IMG/VR virus record: IMGVR_UViG_3300044556_000025
Coordinates: 1-64,000 of that record
Direction: 5' to 3' (one strand)
Origin: a virus
Lineage: Duplodnaviria > Caudoviricetes
Length of the DNA: 64,000 nt
Below the pieces are notes generated by a model, which saw only the letters and a program-made list of their open reading frames with translations, had not been told where the DNA came from and made no database searches. Position numbers and translations under genes: made by a program. Positions 26,843 to 36,685 of the stretch are shown piece after piece (position 1 is the stretch's first letter; every line of letters starts with the position of its first letter).

Positions 26843-28357
26843 ATGCCTCGACGCAGACTATTTGACATAATTTTCCCTAAACGCTCTCAACGAAAGTCAT
26901 ATATTCGAGATCTTGTTACGGGATCTTTTTATCGTACAACAAGTATTAAGTCAAACACAGACTACGAAACGATAAAACAGGAAATCGATACAATGCGGGC
27001 TCTTGCTCGTGATTCCCAGATTTCGACGGCACTGTCATATTATGCTACAGACGCAACCATTCCGAACTCGGACGGAAACATAATATGGGCAACTCCGATA
27101 GACGAAAAGTCTACAAGTGTCGCAGACATTGTAAACGAGCTTTTCAAGCGTTGGAACGTAAATCAGTATGCACGAGATCATATTCTTGAGCTTGCTACCA
27201 TTGGCAATTTGTACATACCTACAACTGACGTTTATAAAGACTTTGCGTCAGGGTATGGCAGTAGAATAAACGTAGCTCTAGACAATAACACATTGCCTGA
27301 CTCTAAATATGACATAGTACCTTCGTACAAGCTTCCGCCAGAATCTATTGTTCATTTATATCATGACGGCATGCCTTATGGGTATGTTATGGACCCGAGT
27401 CAAGACACTGATAGTATTACGTCGTCTCGAACTAGTCAGCCAGTTATATTTCCGGAAGCTTCTATCATACACTTTTCACTCGGTGGTCTTCTAGGCGACT
27501 ATACATATTCGATAGGTAACTCTGACGGGTCATCTGACATATATGACATCAAGTTCGCACAGCCATTGATGGATAAAGCTGCTCAGCCGACGCAGACTCT
27601 TAGCCTTCTCGAAGACGCTATGTTGTTAGCTTCTCTCACAAAAGTAGTACGATTCGTTTCTGTGGACTGCGGTAATACAGAAAACGAAGACGAAATTCGC
27701 CAAACGCTTCAAGAGATGAAGGACACTATCGAGCAACAGTTCTCGATAAACACTTCTAGTGGTGACGCCCAAAGTTATCTTAACCCACAGAGTCCTAACA
27801 ACTTAATTTATATTCCGATGATTAACGGTCAAACGCCTATTTCGATTACAGATTTGAATCTTGCAGACGTTTCAGACTCTGAGAATGAGCTTCTCAATTA
27901 TTATCAAGACAAGAAGCTGTCAGTTCTCGGCGTTCCCAAAGAGGCTATGAACTTTTCGTCTAACGAAGGCTTAGGCGGGGCAGGTTCCGTACTATCACAA
28001 CGATCTGCTCTTTATGCGAATGCTCTTCAGCGCCTTGAGACAGCTTACATGGAGGGCTGGCGAGACGCAATCAACAAGTACTTTATTAATCGCAACCTTT
28101 CGGGATACGCCGATCAGTATAAGCTTCATATGCAGCCTATTGTCACACCTCTGTCTACGGTAATATCTGACAAGCGAGATTCGGCTATCGGACAAGCCTC
28201 TCAAGTAATAGATTTACTGAAATCTGTCGGAGTTAAAGACGTAGATCGGTACATAAAGGCTCTGTCAGAGGTATTAGGTGAAGAGTTCCCTGTAATGTCT
28301 TCTGATACTGCTAACTGGGATATAAACGTAGGGGAGGATGACAATGGGTCCTTCTAG
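26843..28357 (+). CDS. Portal protein (T4 gp20-like)
   Basis: D.QISTAL..YA.DAT, IIHF, LEDAML..R..VDCG, Y.QDK..LGVPK. Confidence 0.85.
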   Translation: MPRRRLFDIIFPKRSQRKSYIRDLVTGSFYRTTSIKSNTDYETIKQEIDTMRALARDSQISTALSYYATDATIPNSDGNIIWATPIDEKSTSVADIVNELFKRWNVNQYARDHILELATIGNLYIPTTDVYKDFASGYGSRINVALDNNTLPDSKYDIVPSYKLPPESIVHLYHDGMPYGYVMDPSQDTDSITSSRTSQPVIFPEASIIHFSLGGLLGDYTYSIGNSDGSSDIYDIKFAQPLMDKAAQPTQTLSLLEDAMLLASLTKVVRFVSVDCGNTENEDEIRQTLQEMKDTIEQQFSINTSSGDAQSYLNPQSPNNLIYIPMINGQTPISITDLNLADVSDSENELLNYYQDKKLSVLGVPKEAMNFSSNEGLGGAGSVLSQRSALYANALQRLETAYMEGWRDAINKYFINRNLSGYADQYKLHMQPIVTPLSTVISDKRDSAIGQASQVIDLLKSVGVKDVDRYIKALSEVLGEEFPVMSSDTANWDINVGEDDNGSF

Positions 28358-28694
28358 CGATACGCTAGACTTATTCTTTCATGATCTAAAGAAATATAAC
28401 TCTACAAATTACCGGCATATATGCGAGTGCGATCTTTCTAATATTGATTCGACGGCTTTCAAAGCTTTCAGTTCTGTGGTAACTCGATATTTCATATTCG
28501 TAGAGAAACACCCAGAGTTGTCTGACATTGATGCCAAGATGTTGTACTTCCAAGCTAAGATAGACTTAGTAGCTAAGTACTTTTCAGAATACCCGATGTC
28601 AGACCCAAGTAAATTGAAGCCGTTTAAAGACATATTCGATAAATATATAGACATACACGAGGACGATAGCTATGAGCAACTTGCTTCAGTATAA
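28338..28694 (+). CDS. Hypothetical protein
   Basis: Coupled ORF. Confidence 0.65.
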   Translation: MTMGPSSDTLDLFFHDLKKYNSTNYRHICECDLSNIDSTAFKAFSSVVTRYFIFVEKHPELSDIDAKMLYFQAKIDLVAKYFSEYPMSDPSKLKPFKDIFDKYIDIHEDDSYEQLASV

Positions 28695-29292
28695 AATATC
28701 TTCGTGGGACCAGTTGTCTAAGTGTCAGTCAAATAACTCTGTGGACTTGAGTATTAAAGTTCGTCATTTTGTCAATAATACAGAGTTAAACGGAACAAAC
28801 GTTTCTGTCGTACATAAAGACTATGGGACGCTTCTTTCGTACACTATCTTCCCTCAAGGCGAGATGATAACTGACATAACTAAAGACGACATACCTAAGA
28901 TGACGTCTGAAATACTGTTAGACGAACTAAAGCGTTATGGGTTCTACGTTGTATACGAAGAAGAATCACATCTTCCGTTAGGACAAGTCGATCTTCTCAA
29001 GACGCTTGCTGGCCTTAAGTTCGACAAGATTCGAATTCTGTCAATTCACGATATTTCAGACGTGTGGGAAGACACGATACGAGTAACAGCATTCTCTATA
29101 GAGCGGAAGCCGAACTGGCTTAATTCGGGGTATTCTCCTTCTGTTAAGGAATGGAGAGAAGCAATTTTAGACGGATCGGCGTTTAACGTGTCAGGTCTGC
29201 CGGAGGCAAAGAAATATGACTGGTCGTTCTTATATAATTCTATACAAGACATACATACGTTGATAGACGAGAACGATGGTAGATATGCCTAA
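28672..29292 (+). CDS. Hypothetical protein
   Basis: Coupled ORF. Confidence 0.7.
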   Translation: MSNLLQYKISSWDQLSKCQSNNSVDLSIKVRHFVNNTELNGTNVSVVHKDYGTLLSYTIFPQGEMITDITKDDIPKMTSEILLDELKRYGFYVVYEEESHLPLGQVDLLKTLAGLKFDKIRILSIHDISDVWEDTIRVTAFSIERKPNWLNSGYSPSVKEWREAILDGSAFNVSGLPEAKKYDWSFLYNSIQDIHTLIDENDGRYA

Positions 29293-30208
29293 TCTAATTG
29301 GCAAAGATATAAAGCTAATGCGTGCAAGATATAACGAGGCGCTCCGATTGCAGGGGGTGCCTTGTTCTTATATGTACCCGACGCTAGCTACTACAAGCAA
29401 CCTCGGGGAATCTGTAGATGACATGTACTCTCTGCCTATAGAGACGAACATATTCTTCGAAGGCTCCCCTAAGATAAAAACGTTTAAGCGGTTCGGGTGG
29501 GTTGTCGAAAACGACAAAGACTTGCCTTTCTTGATACATTGTAGCTTCGATTTGCCGCAAGTACAACGTGACTCTGTTTTTAAGATAGCCGGTCAGTATA
29601 CGGAACTCCCTGACAGAACGTTCAAAGTTACTGAGATTTCATATGACATTCAAGCTCCCGACCACATTGTTTGCCAAGTAGTGCCAGTATATGACAAACA
29701 AATTTCAGGTAGGACTAAACAAGAAGTCTCTTCTACGTTCAATACCTCACACCACTTCTTGAAAGCTAACACAGACTATAGAGGACATTCGGTGTCACAA
29801 TCTGACAGATATCGTCGGAGCGGCAAGGTAATAACAAAGGAAAAGTACGATAGCTTTGTAGGCGTAATTTCTGGAGACAATATGTTAAGTGTTAGAAATT
29901 CAGACATACAACTTACCCGAGGTGACTCGGCAAGCTTCAATCTAGTTATAACAAAGTCAGACGGCAGCTTATATACTCGAAAGGACGGGGACAAGCTAAT
30001 ATTCACGCTGAAGAAAACGTACAACTCGGCAGAGGCTTTATTATCTAAAGAAATTTCTGATTTTAATCTAGTATTGAACCCCGAAGACACGTCTAAACTT
30101 TCGTACGGTGAGTATTGGTACGACGTTCAACTAACAACTAAAGACAACAAAGTGTATACCGTAATCGGCCCCGCACGATTTGTTCTTCGCGAAGAAGTAA
30201 CGTTTTAG
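29276..30208 (+). CDS. Neck/head-closure-like protein with a C-terminal BppU-like Ig domain
   Basis: LTRGDS..L.PEDT..YGEYWYDVQL motif; structural context. Confidence 0.55.
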   Translation: MVDMPNLIGKDIKLMRARYNEALRLQGVPCSYMYPTLATTSNLGESVDDMYSLPIETNIFFEGSPKIKTFKRFGWVVENDKDLPFLIHCSFDLPQVQRDSVFKIAGQYTELPDRTFKVTEISYDIQAPDHIVCQVVPVYDKQISGRTKQEVSSTFNTSHHFLKANTDYRGHSVSQSDRYRRSGKVITKEKYDSFVGVISGDNMLSVRNSDIQLTRGDSASFNLVITKSDGSLYTRKDGDKLIFTLKKTYNSAEALLSKEISDFNLVLNPEDTSKLSYGEYWYDVQLTTKDNKVYTVIGPARFVLREEVTF

Positions 30209-30216
30209 GAGTAACA

Positions 30217-30336
30217 ATGTCTGACAAAGAAATTTCTGGTATAATAGAAAATCAAGCTACGCTCAAAGGGAAGATATACGAGGGGCAGTATGAACTCAAA
30301 GGGAAGATATACGAGGGCAGTCTGAATACGAAATAG
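30217..30336 (+). CDS. Small ORF with an internal ~33-bp duplication
   Basis: AGGAG RBS; LKGKIYEG x2. Confidence 0.45.
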   Translation: MSDKEISGIIENQATLKGKIYEGQYELKGKIYEGSLNTK

Positions 30337-30480
30337 CTTGCTCTCACGGTTTCGCAGGAATAGAAGAAGACAAGCTGTTAAAGAAGTAACTGATGTATTT
30401 GATCGGTAACATCAATTTCACCTAAAATTAAATGCGTAATAATTAGACGTTGCGCAGTAAACTTGCTCCCATAAGTTTGG

Positions 30481-31086
30481 TTGGTATCATTGATTTACTT
30501 ATACGACAACGCGATTGTCGACGACCTTTCGTCGTCGTTTAACGAAGACATATCTAACCCAGTTGTTAGAGTAGTGTCTCCAGAGTCTTCTATTGGAATT
30601 GTAGCTCAGATACAAGAAGACGACATATCCTTCCCTATTGTCGTATTAGAGAGGCAAGATCCCATATCGCTTGACTCGCGTCGTTACAACTTTGTAAATT
30701 CGAAGCGAGGAGTTGACGCTGTTTTTGAAAAAGAAGAAAACAACTATTACAAAGAGCAGTCAATTCCAATAGACTTGTCATATAAGCTTACAGTTCTAAC
30801 TTCGTCACAAGAAGACTTAGACGAAATAATACGAGAAATAATGTTCAAGTACACGTCAATGTACTTTATGGATATACGCATACCTTATGAGAGCAATCGT
30901 GATATTTCGTTCGGTGTTATAATTGACAGCCAATCAGGTATACAACAAGAGTCGGGAATCTCGCAGTACACACAGTCCGGTCAACTCTTTCAGGCATCTA
31001 TTATACTTAAGTGCGAAGGGTGCGTCTTAATAAACTACGTTCCCGTACATATTAAGAGAACTGTATATGACATAGAAGCAAAGTAA
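30481..31086 (+). CDS. Tail completion/sheath stabiliser-like protein
   Basis: FPIV, IPIDLSYKL..DLDEIIREI pattern; upstream of the sheath gene. Confidence 0.6.
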   Translation: MVSLIYLYDNAIVDDLSSSFNEDISNPVVRVVSPESSIGIVAQIQEDDISFPIVVLERQDPISLDSRRYNFVNSKRGVDAVFEKEENNYYKEQSIPIDLSYKLTVLTSSQEDLDEIIREIMFKYTSMYFMDIRIPYESNRDISFGVIIDSQSGIQQESGISQYTQSGQLFQASIILKCEGCVLINYVPVHIKRTVYDIEAK

Positions 31087-31097
31087 GGAGTTGACAT

Positions 31098-31376
31098 ATG
31101 GGTTTCTATAAAAACGTTGGAAATTATCCAAAGACATTCTATGGAATTACCATCGAACCTGGAGAGACAAAGGAGCTTCCAGGGTACCCGTTTGGTAATA
31201 ACATAATAGAAGTAGATGAGGTGGAACTTCCAAAGAAGCGTCGGGGTCGCAAGCCAGCGTCGGCTACCTCTACCACCACGTCACCTTTAATCAATGACGA
31301 AAAAGCTTCGGATGATAAAGACTCTTCAGAATCTGAAGCTGTAGAAGACAAAGATTCGAAAGAGAAGGTTAGCTAA
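31098..31376 (+). CDS. Small protein preceding the sheath gene
   Basis: AGGAG RBS; coupled to the sheath gene. Confidence 0.7.
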   Translation: MGFYKNVGNYPKTFYGITIEPGETKELPGYPFGNNIIEVDEVELPKKRRGRKPASATSTTTSPLINDEKASDDKDSSESEAVEDKDSKEKVS

Positions 31377-33337
31377 TGGCCAATATTGTCATTAACGAAG
31401 TATCAGCTAACTATAATTTCAATGTAGCTAGCTCTTCGTACTGCACGGTAGCACTGCCAATTACCGCTTCTTGGGGCCCGGGCTTTTCAGACTCGCAAAC
31501 CACTGGTTTCAAAGATGATAACTCGAGCCAAGAAGACGATCCTCTAGAAGGTGTCGTTTGGTCTAAATTCCCGTCAACACAGTCAGGCCTAGAGTCGTTT
31601 GTGTCTACGTTCCGAGGACCCACCGAACAATACATTAAACATCAAGACTATTCGTATCAGCAAGCGATGTCACTAATTGCCAACGGATACGACGTACTTG
31701 TATGTCGCGTCGCAACGGGCGCAGCTGCTTCTTGTAAGATTCCGTTTAAGACTGCAGAGGGTGACTCGGGTACCGCTAAGCCTCTTACCATAAAAGCTAA
31801 ATATTTAGGCAGCTTCGGCAACAACTTGCAGCTAGACGTCCGGAAGCTAACTTCTCGCACTTCTTCTAACGAAGAGTTCGGGTATTGGAACGTTATCGTT
31901 TACATTGTCTCTTCTAACTATTCGAAGACGGCAGTCGAGAACTTGAAGTTTGTGTTTAACGCAGACAACGCAACGTCTGATATCGTACACGTTTCAGAAA
32001 TCGATTCTAACTTCGTTACTTTCGAGACAAACACTGCCCCCGACGTCGATACCGTAATTATTGAAAAGAAGAGCGATGACGCAAATCACGTAACCTACGA
32101 TCCGTCATCTGATTCTATTCTTGTTAATATGACAGGCGGCACAGATCTACCTACTAAGGGTGATATAAAGTCTGCTCAAGATCTTGCAAAAGCTCGTTAC
32201 AACTTAACTGGTCGCGATGAGTTCACTGCACCCTTCAACTCTGCTCAAGATCAAGAAGCTGGCGTATATCTAACTAAGCTCAACGCGCTTACAGACGTCC
32301 CAGATCAGAAAGCTAAGTCAATTCTCTTCCGCGAGTGGATGTTTAACGCAGCATATACCGTTCTTGGAATGCTATCAGATCGTCTTACTTATAACCCACA
32401 ACGAGTTATCGTCCCTGGCTGGGATGACGCAGACGTTCGTTATTTAGACGATGATGACCCGACAGCTTACGTAAAGAGCCTAGAGCCTGCACCGCTTCAT
32501 CTTCGTCTAATGTATATCGCATATGTCGCACGCTGCACCACAGCATACCTTGACATCCCACGTTCTCTAGCTCGCGTAGGAGTTTGGAACTCTTCTACTG
32601 ATGAGAAACAAACAGGCTACGCACAGAAGCTCTCTCGCAACTTCGAGACGTATTACGGCAGTCAGTTCTCGTCTCATTCGGCAATCTTCGCACCCTGGGG
32701 CAAGTTCCGTTATACCGGCACCACAAAGCAATCAATTGCGTCCCCGTCTTTCTTAGCTCTACTTATCGATCATGCAATGATTTCAAATCAGACTAGCCAA
32801 TACGAGTGGGAGCTTCCTACCTCACGTAAACACAATCTCGCCATCGGTAAGCTCGACTACTCAATCTCTAAGAAGTACTTAGATCTCTGGCAGAGCACAA
32901 CGGGCGGAGGCGTAGGTGTCAACTGCATTTCGAATATTCCTGACCTAGGTACTACCCTCTGGGGCAACTCTACATTATTCGAAGTTCCTCCTGCAACTTA
33001 CCAAGCTCTTAGCAACCTGAGCACTCGAAAGCTTGTTAACGCTGTCAAAGATCTAGCTTTCAAGTGCGGAATAGGCATTACGTTCAATTACAACAACGAC
33101 GAAGCTTATCAGTCATTCTATGCAGGCATGACACCGCTTCTCGATACAATGCGCAACGTTGGTGCAATCAACGATTACAAAGTAACAATGGCGGCAGATA
33201 TCAACGGTCTTGACAACGTTAACGCAAACTCTGTTATTGGTACTATCTACTTAATTGTCCCCGGTGTTATCAACACGATTAGCATCGACCTCGTTGCTCT
33301 GCCGCCTTCGGTCTCTATCGCAAGCGTAACGGCATAA
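31376..33337 (+). CDS. Contractile tail sheath protein
   Basis: IVINEVS, AKYLGSFGNNL, GGTD, GVNCI, LWGNSTL, RKL. Confidence 0.92.
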   Translation: MANIVINEVSANYNFNVASSSYCTVALPITASWGPGFSDSQTTGFKDDNSSQEDDPLEGVVWSKFPSTQSGLESFVSTFRGPTEQYIKHQDYSYQQAMSLIANGYDVLVCRVATGAAASCKIPFKTAEGDSGTAKPLTIKAKYLGSFGNNLQLDVRKLTSRTSSNEEFGYWNVIVYIVSSNYSKTAVENLKFVFNADNATSDIVHVSEIDSNFVTFETNTAPDVDTVIIEKKSDDANHVTYDPSSDSILVNMTGGTDLPTKGDIKSAQDLAKARYNLTGRDEFTAPFNSAQDQEAGVYLTKLNALTDVPDQKAKSILFREWMFNAAYTVLGMLSDRLTYNPQRVIVPGWDDADVRYLDDDDPTAYVKSLEPAPLHLRLMYIAYVARCTTAYLDIPRSLARVGVWNSSTDEKQTGYAQKLSRNFETYYGSQFSSHSAIFAPWGKFRYTGTTKQSIASPSFLALLIDHAMISNQTSQYEWELPTSRKHNLAIGKLDYSISKKYLDLWQSTTGGGVGVNCISNIPDLGTTLWGNSTLFEVPPATYQALSNLSTRKLVNAVKDLAFKCGIGITFNYNNDEAYQSFYAGMTPLLDTMRNVGAINDYKVTMAADINGLDNVNANSVIGTIYLIVPGVINTISIDLVALPPSVSIASVTA

Positions 33338-33360
33338 TCAAAACACACAAGCTTTATACT

Positions 33361-33395
33361 AAGGATCGTTATACACAAAGTATAGCGATCCTTTT
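33361..33395 (+). terminator. Intrinsic terminator after the sheath gene
   Basis: AGGATCGTTATAC-ACAAA-GTATAGCGATCCT followed by TTT. Confidence 0.7.
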
Positions 33396-33398
33396 ACT

Positions 33399-35126
33399 AT
33401 GATTCGAGAATATATGAAAGAGCGCAAGTGCGTCATTTGCGGTAAAGCGTTTGTTCCTAAGAATCCGAAACAAAAGATGTGCGGCGACGCACATTATCAT
33501 CCATGCCCTGTGTGCGGAAAGCCCGTATTGACAAAGGTGCCTAGCGACATTAATAAGTGTTGTTCTAAGAAGTGCGGGCAAGTTCTTGCTCAAAAGAACA
33601 GAGAAAAAACATACAAGTCTAAGTATGATTCGGATTCTCTTAGTGAAATACAGTCGTCTAAAGTTTACATGAAAACGTGTAAGTGGTGTGGAAAGAAGTT
33701 TAAAACGTCGCATCCTCGCCAAGATTATTGTGGTAACGATTATTACAAATGTCCAGTCTGCGGTAAGTTGACAAAAATAAATGAAGATAGGTCTAATATT
33801 GGAAAAGCGTGCTCGAAAGAATGCAAGCGGAAATTAACTCAAGCTACAAACGAGTCTAAATACGGTAGTAAAGAGATATTCGAATCTAATTATTTTAAAG
33901 AGAAACGCGCTTCTACGTCTATTAAGAAATACGGAGTGGACATACCCTCTAAAAGTGACAACGTTAAGTCGAAGTACAAAGAGACAATGAACTCTATATA
34001 TGGTGTCACGTACCCTTTACAAAACAAAGATATCAAGAAGAAAGTAGAAGAAACAAACAGAGATAAATACGGTTCTGCGTGGCCTATGTCTAACGACGAC
34101 GTAAAAGCAAAAGCTAAGAGTACGTTTGACGAGAAGTACGACGGCATAGGGTTTGGGTCTCGAGCTATCAGAAAAAAGATAAAGTCTTCTCTAATAGAAG
34201 AATATGGTGTTGACAGCCCTATGAAGTCTGATGAGATTAAAGAAAAAGTTATCAAAACTAACTTACAGCGCTATAACTCACAATACTACAATAGTTCAGA
34301 TTATAGATATATGAACTTAGGTATGACGGACAGTCAGATAGGGCTATGGAAATCTTTTAAAGAAGATCCATATCGCTTCATACTTTCATTGCCCGAAGTA
34401 GACAGGCACGTATATAAGCTGTCGCAGATATTTGGAATTTCAGAAACTCCAATACAATGTATTCTTCACGAAAATAACTTATACGAATATATGAACAAGT
34501 CACATTCGTATATAGAAGACGAAGTTTATGATTTTGTAAGGTCGGCTTTGCCACAAAATGTGAAAATAGTTAGAAACGATAGAACTGCTATTAGTCCGCA
34601 CGAACTAGACATATACGTACCAGATTTTAAATTTGCAATTGAAGTTGACCCTACAGCTACACATAACTCTTCGATAAATATATTCGACAAAGAGATAATG
34701 TCACCTTCATATCACAAAAACAAGTCTTTAGCTTGCAAAGACGCTGGAATATCCTTGTTTCATTTGTTCGACTACAACTGGGAAAATAAACGAAGTATCA
34801 TAGAATCAATGATACAGAATCGTCTAGGTGTAAACAATACGAAGTTGTATGCTCGAAATTTGCGAGTTGCGGGGGTTTCGTACAAAGAAAGCTCTAAGTT
34901 CCTACGTGAAAATCATCTTTTGGGCGATTCACAGTCTAGAATTCGTTTAGGTCTATATAATGGAGCAGAACTTGTATCGCTGATGACGTTTGGTATGATA
35001 CGTCCCTCACAAGGACGTCAATCTGACGAAGCAATCGAGCTTCGAAGATTTTGTAGTAAACTTGGGTGTGTGATAGACGGCGGAGCGTCTAAGCTTTTTA
35101 AACACGCTTTATATTTCGAGCCGTAA
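33399..35126 (+). CDS. Hef-like homing endonuclease (Zn ribbons + KYG repeats + PD-(D/E)XK), C-terminally truncated at an IS
   Basis: ELDIY..AIEVD..TH, YAR..FLRENHL.G, ELRRFCS..GGASKLFK. Confidence 0.8.
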   Translation: MIREYMKERKCVICGKAFVPKNPKQKMCGDAHYHPCPVCGKPVLTKVPSDINKCCSKKCGQVLAQKNREKTYKSKYDSDSLSEIQSSKVYMKTCKWCGKKFKTSHPRQDYCGNDYYKCPVCGKLTKINEDRSNIGKACSKECKRKLTQATNESKYGSKEIFESNYFKEKRASTSIKKYGVDIPSKSDNVKSKYKETMNSIYGVTYPLQNKDIKKKVEETNRDKYGSAWPMSNDDVKAKAKSTFDEKYDGIGFGSRAIRKKIKSSLIEEYGVDSPMKSDEIKEKVIKTNLQRYNSQYYNSSDYRYMNLGMTDSQIGLWKSFKEDPYRFILSLPEVDRHVYKLSQIFGISETPIQCILHENNLYEYMNKSHSYIEDEVYDFVRSALPQNVKIVRNDRTAISPHELDIYVPDFKFAIEVDPTATHNSSINIFDKEIMSPSYHKNKSLACKDAGISLFHLFDYNWENKRSIIESMIQNRLGVNNTKLYARNLRVAGVSYKESSKFLRENHLLGDSQSRIRLGLYNGAELVSLMTFGMIRPSQGRQSDEAIELRRFCSKLGCVIDGGASKLFKHALYFEP

Positions 35127-35171
35127 AACCGCGAAGCTTTAGCTTCGTGGATGTAAGACTCCAAACTAAGC

Positions 35172-35267
35172 CCGCTTTGGTCTGATGGATATTTCATCGC
35201 CTCTATCGGCGAGGTCAGCGCGGCTACGCTCAAAGAATATATCGAGAATCAAGGAAAGTCTGGTTGA
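35172..35267 (+). pseudogene. tnpA: tnpA (Y1) C-terminal remnant
   Basis: PLWSDGYFIASIGEVSAATLKEYIENQGKSG*. Confidence 0.85.
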
Positions 35268-35324
35268 CTTCTTGAAACATTTAATATATAATATCAATAT
35301 ATTAAATAGGAAGGAGGTGAAACC

Positions 35325-36578
35325 GTGTATCTGACGCAAACAAATGTGATAAGAAACCTTAGCAAAGAACAGTTTCAAGCACTTAGGGATATGTGCCGCT
35401 ATTCAAACAATCTTTACAATTACGGATTGTATTGCATACGGCAGCATTATTTTGATACAAAACAGTTCTTGCCCTATGAAAGTAACTATCATGTCTGTAA
35501 AGAAAATGAGAACTATGCTCTTTTGCAAGCAGGAGTATCGCAACAAATACTTCGGGTTGTAGACCGTAACTTCAAGTCTTTCTTTAATCTTATCAAAAAG
35601 GCCAAAGGCGGGGATTATCGCTTTCAAGATATCAACATTCCACATTACCGCAAAAAGGGTGGGCTGTTTCTGCTTGTGTTACAGAAGAACTCTATTTCTA
35701 TCAAAAATGGGTTCTTTAAGGTGCCTATGAGCCGTGAATTTAGGAAACTGCATGATGTTGAAATTACAATACCATATCCTAAAAGACTTGCTGACAAAGA
35801 ACTCAAAGAAGTCCGCATACTGCCATGCTCAGGTGGAAGGTTCTTCAAGATACAGTATGTGTATGAAGAACCAGAGACTAATCTTCACCTAAACAGCGAA
35901 AATTTTCTTGCTATCGACCTTGGTGTAGACAATCTTGCCACTTGCGTTTCAAATGTCAGGACTCCGTTCATCATAGACGGACGTAATCTAAAATCCATCA
36001 ATTGGCATTGGAACAAAGAAAAAGCAAGACTTCAATCTGTTTTGGATAAGCAAGGTGTTAAAGGCGGCAAGAGCAATAAGGTGTATGCCATCACAGAAAA
36101 GCGCAATCGTCGTATCAATGACGGTATCAAGAAAGCTGCAAGATATGTCGTCAATAACTGTATTGCTCACGACATAGGCACTCTGATAGTTGGTTACAAC
36201 AAAGACTTCAAGAGGGGCATCAACATCGGCAAAAGGAACAACCAGTCTTTTGTTCAGATACCGTTAGGCGACCTTCGTTTACAGCTCAGAAACCTTTGCG
36301 AACGCTATGGCATAAACTACATTGAACAAGAAGAAAGCTATACATCAAAGTCGAGCTACCTCGACAGCGATATTCTTCCTGAATACAAAGCTGAGCATCC
36401 TTACACAGGGACATTCAGTGGCAAACGCATCCATCGAGGCATTTACAAAGCAAAAGACGGCACGCTCATCAATGCTGATGTAAACGGTGCCGCCAATATC
36501 TCAAGAAAAGTAAGCGGAAGCATCATGCAACCGTGTATCGGGCTTTTGGCAAGCCCTCAAAGAATAAGGCTCACCTAA
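35325..36578 (+). CDS. tnpB: TnpB RNA-guided nuclease (rearranged RuvC-II type, no Zn finger)
   Basis: IDLG, QEESYTSK, NADVNGA. Confidence 0.92.
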   Translation: MYLTQTNVIRNLSKEQFQALRDMCRYSNNLYNYGLYCIRQHYFDTKQFLPYESNYHVCKENENYALLQAGVSQQILRVVDRNFKSFFNLIKKAKGGDYRFQDINIPHYRKKGGLFLLVLQKNSISIKNGFFKVPMSREFRKLHDVEITIPYPKRLADKELKEVRILPCSGGRFFKIQYVYEEPETNLHLNSENFLAIDLGVDNLATCVSNVRTPFIIDGRNLKSINWHWNKEKARLQSVLDKQGVKGGKSNKVYAITEKRNRRINDGIKKAARYVVNNCIAHDIGTLIVGYNKDFKRGINIGKRNNQSFVQIPLGDLRLQLRNLCERYGINYIEQEESYTSKSSYLDSDILPEYKAEHPYTGTFSGKRIHRGIYKAKDGTLINADVNGAANISRKVSGSIMQPCIGLLASPQRIRLT

Positions 36579-36685
36579 GCAAACTTCTTTGGAATCCCCG
36601 ATGCTTTAGCATCGTGGGAGTGTCAAAAGTTACATAGATAAATTCTTATATACGTATTGTAGTACCCACGCAACTTGGAGAGGCT

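Larger units (their letters stand above)
35113..36626 (+). mobile_element. Non-autonomous IS200/IS605 element
   Basis: Putative TTTAT target; left-end hairpin CGAAGCTTTAGCTTCG; right-end hairpin CGATGCTTTAGCATCG; ends in TCAA. Confidence 0.85.
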
